Shown here in pieces: positions 59,061 through 64,000 of a DNA stretch of 64,000 bases (position 1 is the stretch's first letter; every line of letters begins with the position of its first letter). The notes beneath the pieces were generated by a model. That model did not search any database and was not told where the DNA came from. It saw only the letters and a list, made by a program, of their open reading frames with translations. This DNA comes from a virus. The translations under genes were made by a program, and so were the position numbers. Location of the stretch: positions 1 to 64,000 of IMG/VR virus record IMGVR_UViG_3300011113_000784. The stretch is one strand, 5' to 3'.

Positions 59061-59550
59061 TGCTTTCAGCGTAGCGCTTTCTAAAAGAAATGATTTTTTT
59101 GTTGTAGAGCAATTCTACAATTGTAGGGAAATATTTCATGAAGACTTTCCTACAACTAAAAATTTGCTTATTTGTGTGCCATCTTATAAAAAAAATAGAA
59201 TTATAAAATTGTTTGAATATTTAGAAAACAAATTAAATGTTTTGAAAAAATCAAAAGTATTCATTACACAAAGAAAGAACATATTCTTTGTAAAACTAAG
59301 TGTTTTTTGGCAATCAAGAATGAAGTTCAGTTTATTAACACTTTTGATAAGGGCAGGATTAAGGATTTCTGATGGCTTGTCATTGGATAAAATTATGAAC
59401 AAGTCATCTTATTTAAAGAAAACTTCCAATGCTTTTTATGTTTTCTTTTCAGGAAATACTAAATATTCTGGAAAAAAAAATTCTTGGTTTAAAGAATTTA
59501 GAAATAAAAGCATGGAAGAATGTGAAAAATTGTTAAAAAAGAGGCGATAA
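59008..59550 (+). CDS. Hypothetical protein
   Basis: ORF, start set at MNSEK. Confidence 0.6.
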   Translation: MNSEKIIRILLPYKEKTNAFSVALSKRNDFFVVEQFYNCREIFHEDFPTTKNLLICVPSYKKNRIIKLFEYLENKLNVLKKSKVFITQRKNIFFVKLSVFWQSRMKFSLLTLLIRAGLRISDGLSLDKIMNKSSYLKKTSNAFYVFFSGNTKYSGKKNSWFKEFRNKSMEECEKLLKKRR

Positions 59551-59565
59551 ATAATATATAAATGG

Positions 59566-60309
59566 ATGGAGGGCGATATGTCTGAAATTACTGAATGGGA
59601 AAAGCAAAAGAATTTCATCAAAGATCTTTGTGACACTTGGGAAAAGTCTAAGCAAGAGAAAACCGTTGATACAGATAAAATCGTTGAAAACAAAGCATAT
59701 TGCACACTCAAAGAATCATTTGATTACACCAGTGCAAATTACATGAGTGATTGGGACAGGATTTTCAATCATCAGTCAAAATTTATTTCAGAAGATGGCG
59801 ATGGCAGCATTCTTAATGAAGCAACCAAGAAATCCGCTAAAAAAAAAGTAAGTAAAAAGAAAGCTCCTTCAGCTAAGAAAGCTATCATGAAGGAGAATAA
59901 GCCAAATAAGAAACCTTATGATTTACTAAATCCAGATGCTTTCAAGTATGTGGATTTGAAATCAAGCATCGAAGAACCTTATTCCGATGACACTGCTCTT
60001 ACCCCCAAGGTTAAGAAGTTGGCTAATCTTCCTAACAAGGTTGATTCTTACACTTATGGCAGAGATGGTTCTGACAAGAGTGGCAAGACCAAAGTTGCTG
60101 CTGGTTGGACCGAAGATCCTAATATGCGTAAGTTAGAAGATCTCAAAAAGAAGCTTTATGATCTTGAGTGCAAGATGAGTAAACCAGATGGTCTTGATGA
60201 AGTAAAAGCAAAAAAAATGCAAAAGCAGTTTACTAAGTTAAATAATGACATCGCTGATTTAAGCGATAAGTTTGCTGGTGATTATAAGACCAATCATTAT
60301 TATGGATGA
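59566..60309 (+). CDS. Hypothetical protein with Lys/Ala-rich segment and coiled coil
   Basis: KKSAKKKVSKKKAPSAKK; preceded by TATATAAAT. Confidence 0.7.
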   Translation: MEGDMSEITEWEKQKNFIKDLCDTWEKSKQEKTVDTDKIVENKAYCTLKESFDYTSANYMSDWDRIFNHQSKFISEDGDGSILNEATKKSAKKKVSKKKAPSAKKAIMKENKPNKKPYDLLNPDAFKYVDLKSSIEEPYSDDTALTPKVKKLANLPNKVDSYTYGRDGSDKSGKTKVAAGWTEDPNMRKLEDLKKKLYDLECKMSKPDGLDEVKAKKMQKQFTKLNNDIADLSDKFAGDYKTNHYYG

Positions 60310-60502
60310 TTTAGAAAAAAAATTCATGATTCGTTGTTTGAAATGCCGGTGGGCTGAAACCTCCACCGGCATTTCTGCTGATTTGACTCATTTAACAGAG
60401 ATACCTCGTACATGCATGAATTGCGGTACTCCTCGTCAATTTAAATGTCCCAAATGCGGTCGTCCTGCCAAGATGATGCGGATCAAGAAAAGTGCCCCTT
60501 AA
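60302..60502 (+). CDS. Small triple-CxxC zinc-finger protein
   Basis: CLKC, CMNC, CPKC. Confidence 0.7.
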   Translation: MDDLEKKFMIRCLKCRWAETSTGISADLTHLTEIPRTCMNCGTPRQFKCPKCGRPAKMMRIKKSAP

Positions 60503-61631
60503 ATTCATTAAAAAAGAAACAAATAGAAAAATATTATTTAACGAGTTATCGTTTAATAAACATATTTTCAATGAGGAAAAAGATTTCCAAAAAAAGCTAT
60601 TTTATCTTTCATTTGGTGAATTCGGTTGTGAAACATTATTGCCATCATTTTTGATTCCAAGAGTTAATAATAATTTCCCTGAATACAGAAAGATAATTGT
60701 CGGATGGAGCAATAGGGAGTATTTTTATCGTGAGTTGTGTGATGAATATTGGGAATTAGACTCTAAGTACATGTCTTTGAAAGATTATTCATATGCTTTT
60801 GAAAGCACTGCTGTTGAAATTTTAAGTATTTATAAAAGACTTAGTCCTCTTGGCGTTGTAATCGATGGCACAAAGATTGGTAAATTGTGTGTTAGGGCTA
60901 AATGTAAAAAATGTGCTTTTGAATTTGAAGTTGATCGTGGAGATATTTATTGTCCAAAATGTTATTCAGATAATATTGAAAAGTCTTTGTTTCAAGGATC
61001 AAAAATTTATAGAAAGTACGCTGTTCCTTTACCACATATTAGCAAAAAATATGAAGATTTTGCCAATAATTATGTTCCAGAAAATACTGTTGCATTGTTT
61101 GCTAGAAATAGAAAAACATATAAAAGGAATTTGACTGTTAATCATTATGAAAAACTGATAAACATGATAACATCTTTAGGTTATAATATTGTTTTGCTTG
61201 GGGAAAATGTTTCTTCTTATAATTTGAAAAATGATAAAATAATTAATTTTATGGATCATCAATTAGCTGGCAATTTGGAAGCTGCTTTTGCAATTGTTAA
61301 TCGTTGTGTTTTTTCTTTGCAATTTTTTACAGCTTCAAGTCGAATTAGTAGTATGTTAGGAAAACCTTTTATTTTATTCGAATCAATTGATCAAATATAT
61401 GGAAGAGGTCAAGAGGGAATGAGATTATCTTTGATGACAAAAAACTATAATAATAAGAAGATAGTATTAGCTAATTTTTTAGATGTTTTTGAAAATACAG
61501 ACGAATCAATTGAATTAGCTAGAAAGGCTATACATGAATTGATCGTAGAGAACAATGCTAATGATTTGTTTTTGCGACCAAGTGCGTATGCCTCTTCAAT
61601 ACAAGAAAGCAGCATGAAAAGATTATGGTAA
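60492..61631 (+). CDS. GT-B / GT9 (heptosyltransferase)-like protein with inserted zinc ribbon
   Basis: GEFG, RNL..YEKLI..LGYNIVLLG, ISSMLGKP; CKKC..CPKC insert. Confidence 0.55.
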   Translation: MPLKFIKKETNRKILFNELSFNKHIFNEEKDFQKKLFYLSFGEFGCETLLPSFLIPRVNNNFPEYRKIIVGWSNREYFYRELCDEYWELDSKYMSLKDYSYAFESTAVEILSIYKRLSPLGVVIDGTKIGKLCVRAKCKKCAFEFEVDRGDIYCPKCYSDNIEKSLFQGSKIYRKYAVPLPHISKKYEDFANNYVPENTVALFARNRKTYKRNLTVNHYEKLINMITSLGYNIVLLGENVSSYNLKNDKIINFMDHQLAGNLEAAFAIVNRCVFSLQFFTASSRISSMLGKPFILFESIDQIYGRGQEGMRLSLMTKNYNNKKIVLANFLDVFENTDESIELARKAIHELIVENNANDLFLRPSAYASSIQESSMKRLW

Positions 61632-62770
61632 CACAAATTGATATCAAAGAAATTATTGAATCTGCCGCAGTTAGAGGTGATTTCAATAGAGAAAAGTTTG
61701 ATTCTAAAAACATACCTGACAATATGCAAAAAATTATTGTTATGCCAATATTTGGTGACATTAATCATGTGATTGTATTTGCCAATTTTATTTTTCCAAC
61801 TATTAGGAATGACATTAATCTAAAAGATAAATACATTATCATTGTTACTTGGAAGGGATTCTCAAAGTTCTTTGCTGATGCTGATGAAGTATGGTCTATT
61901 AAAAGCAATGAAAACATTGACAGGTTCTATGAGAAAAGCGAAGGATTTTTTAATAAATCTGAAATGTTAAATGTGGTATACAGAAGTCTCAACGAATTTT
62001 TTAGAAATGTAATTGATCCAGCAAAATTCTCCAATCAATTTCATTTTGGATTCAAAAAAGATAACATTAAGAATAAAAATGTTGAAATAATTAAAAATAA
62101 ACTGCCAAATCTTAATTATTTGAATCAAGCAATTCTCAATCAAATCAATAGTCTCGGTGATAAAAAAGTTTTTATAACTCCATTTAAATTCTTACGACAA
62201 TGGAACTTAGGAAAAGTTAATAATTATAAATTGTCTTCAACATTTTATATTAATGTAATTGATTCTTTAATAAAAAGAGATTATAAGTGTGTAGTAATTA
62301 AGAATTATTTAACTTTTGATGTATCAAATAATTATTTGAATAATCCTAATGTTGTTTTTGTGCAAGAAGATGATTGGTTCATGGTGATGGCATACATGCT
62401 TGCAACTAAAATGTATGTTGATTTGTTTTGTGGTTTGAATTCTCTAGCTATTTATTGTGGTTGTCCCAGTGTAACAGTGACTGAGAGGAATATGTATATT
62501 TCATCTAATCATAAAGAGATAGAAATGTGCATGAGTAATAAAATATTTGATCATAAAGTCTTTTCATTTTTTGAGTTAAATTACAATTTACTTGATAAAA
62601 AATTGTTTTTCATAGATAAATTAATTTGTCAAATTGAGGAAGCTAGTTCGAATAAGATTGATTTTGTTGAATCAAGATACAATATTGATCTTAATGCTGC
62701 TGTTGTTGAAAAAACAAAAAAGTTGCAGCCTAGATTTATTGGTTTGAATAAAAAGGTAATTGAGGATTAA
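61625..62770 (+). CDS. Second GT9-like protein
   Basis: IFGD, ADEVW, GLNSLAIYCGCPSV. Confidence 0.5.
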   Translation: MVTQIDIKEIIESAAVRGDFNREKFDSKNIPDNMQKIIVMPIFGDINHVIVFANFIFPTIRNDINLKDKYIIIVTWKGFSKFFADADEVWSIKSNENIDRFYEKSEGFFNKSEMLNVVYRSLNEFFRNVIDPAKFSNQFHFGFKKDNIKNKNVEIIKNKLPNLNYLNQAILNQINSLGDKKVFITPFKFLRQWNLGKVNNYKLSSTFYINVIDSLIKRDYKCVVIKNYLTFDVSNNYLNNPNVVFVQEDDWFMVMAYMLATKMYVDLFCGLNSLAIYCGCPSVTVTERNMYISSNHKEIEMCMSNKIFDHKVFSFFELNYNLLDKKLFFIDKLICQIEEASSNKIDFVESRYNIDLNAAVVEKTKKLQPRFIGLNKKVIED

Positions 62771-62773
62771 AAT

Positions 62774-63049
62774 ATGTCACGCAAGGCTAATGTTAGGGTT
62801 GTTTCAAAAGATAACGGTTATGATGATAACAGAGAGAAATCATTTAAATCTCTTCTTAGTGCATTTCGTCAAGCTGTAAACAAGGCTGGCATTTTGAGAG
62901 AGTATAGGCTTCGTGAATCTTATGAAAGTCCTGCTCAAAGAAGAAGGCGTAAGGAAAGAGAAAAAGAAGCTACTATTCTTAAAAATCAAATGCGTGAGAG
63001 TTTTCCTGTTAAAAAGAAAGAAAAGCCATGTCCGAAAAACAAAAAGTAA
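62774..63049 (+). CDS. rpsU: Ribosomal protein bS21 homologue
   Basis: SFKSLLSAFRQAVNKAGILREYRLRESYESPAQRRRRK matches the bS21 pattern. Confidence 0.85.
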   Translation: MSRKANVRVVSKDNGYDDNREKSFKSLLSAFRQAVNKAGILREYRLRESYESPAQRRRRKEREKEATILKNQMRESFPVKKKEKPCPKNKK

Positions 63050-63339
63050 TTACTTTTGGCGTACCTGAATCCTTTTACCAAAAGGTAAATGATGCAGCCC
63101 TTTCAAGGGGTCAAAAAATTTCTGACTACATGAAGAAATTTGTTAATGATTATTTCAATGACGACATGACAGTTTCAAGAATTGTTTTGGATGTTCCTAG
63201 GGACAAGCGTGGTGACAAAGCTTATTTGAAAGCTTGGTTCAAACAAAAATCTGATTATTTAGTTGAGCATTTTTATCAACAATATCAAAACGAACAAAGT
63301 CCAAATAATACTCCAACGGCACATGAGGATGTGGGCTAA
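63028..63339 (+). CDS. Ribbon-helix-helix DNA-binding protein
   Basis: VITFGVPESFYQKVNDAALSRGQKISDYMK. Confidence 0.65.
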   Translation: MSEKQKVITFGVPESFYQKVNDAALSRGQKISDYMKKFVNDYFNDDMTVSRIVLDVPRDKRGDKAYLKAWFKQKSDYLVEHFYQQYQNEQSPNNTPTAHEDVG

Positions 63340-63593
63340 TGCCTCTTAGTTTAGCTCAAGTTTATGATATTTGTTTGGCAACAGATCCAGATGGCAAATG
63401 TTGTCGTTATCTGTCTCAAGATGGTCAAGGTTCTGATTATCATTGTTTAAAAAAATCAAAATTTAAAAAAGAAATAGATGAAGAGACAAGTAGCGGTGTT
63501 TTTAAAGGATTGAAAATTCCACAAGGTGATAATTGCGAAGGTTATCCTATTTTTTCTCATTTAGTTGTAGGATATGACATAAAAAATCCTTGA
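63339..63593 (+). CDS. Small Cys-containing hypothetical protein
   Basis: C..CCRYL..YHCLK..GDNCEGY. Confidence 0.65.
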   Translation: MPLSLAQVYDICLATDPDGKCCRYLSQDGQGSDYHCLKKSKFKKEIDEETSSGVFKGLKIPQGDNCEGYPIFSHLVVGYDIKNP

Positions 63594-63657
63594 CTTCGAA
63601 AATTTTCTTGTTAAACTTCGGCAGTTATGAAGCGAATGGATTTGCGAGGGCTTTAGC

Positions 63658-64000
63658 ATGATGCACAGTCTCAAAAATGTGATGGTTATTGATTGCCAAG
63701 ATGATGTGGAATTCTATGCCGAAGGCAATTATTTAGAAGAAATGTTTGACAAAGTTTTTTTAAATTTAAACGATAGCGATGGAATTCCATTAAAAGGAAG
63801 AGCAAAATATAAAAATAATTTCAATGATATTCTTGAAAAGTGTAATATAGAAAATTCTATAGATTTGGTTTACAAACTTTTAAACAAACATGTTTCCAAG
63901 CAAGATGATGGATATTATGTGGATAATGATGAATCGGTTCCTTCTCCTGATGTATTAAAAGTTCTTGAATTTTTAAGTCATTTGCATGACAAGAAGATTC
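63658..64000 (+). CDS. Hypothetical protein (3' truncated)
   Basis: MMHSLKNV.. open to the window end; TTGACT-16-TAAACT upstream. Confidence 0.55.
   Translation, partial: MMHSLKNVMVIDCQDDVEFYAEGNYLEEMFDKVFLNLNDSDGIPLKGRAKYKNNFNDILEKCNIENSIDLVYKLLNKHVSKQDDGYYVDNDESVPSPDVLKVLEFLSHLHDKKI

Noticed and set aside
1-64000. cas effector or cas1/cas2 genes
   Set aside because: No ORF of suitable size or with RuvC/Cas1 motifs; all long ORFs are otherwise explained
1-64000. tRNA, rRNA or IS/transposase genes
   Set aside because: None recognised; the TnsA-like domain fits a gp4-type protein and has no transposon context

Overview
64 kb of an AT-rich, T4-like huge (jumbo) myophage genome in the standard genetic code, with no rRNA or tRNA seen. 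Virion and transcription genes include two tail-tube paralogues, a gp26/gp51-like chaperone pair, a gp4-like nuclease and a gp55-like sigma factor. The replication and nucleotide set comprises gp46/47, UvsW, DnaB/gp41, gp32, RecA/UvsX, a divergent PolA, a split DnaE, NrdJ, ThyX, dCMP deaminase and dNMP kinase. Host-like accessory genes are prkA-yeaH-spoVR, hldE, glycosyl/sulfo-transferases and ribosomal protein bS21. Main findings: (1) a cas-less 3-repeat CRISPR mini-array with type V-I (Cas12i)-like repeats, plus five solitary degenerate copies of the 23-nt repeat hairpin (two with compensatory stem changes) placed at start and stop codons of phage genes, suggesting a Cas12i-handle-based regulatory network; (2) an 8-nt stop-containing gap inside the HLHLH|TEYS motif of dnaE, directly behind a 15-bp hairpin, a candidate for programmed ribosomal bypass; (3) a -1 slippery site in the tail chaperone; (4) an ATT-initiated class II amidotransferase; (5) a multi-hairpin putative origin; (6) a family of proteins with T4-like capsid-targeting N-termini. 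All family calls come from motif recognition by eye; no searches were run.
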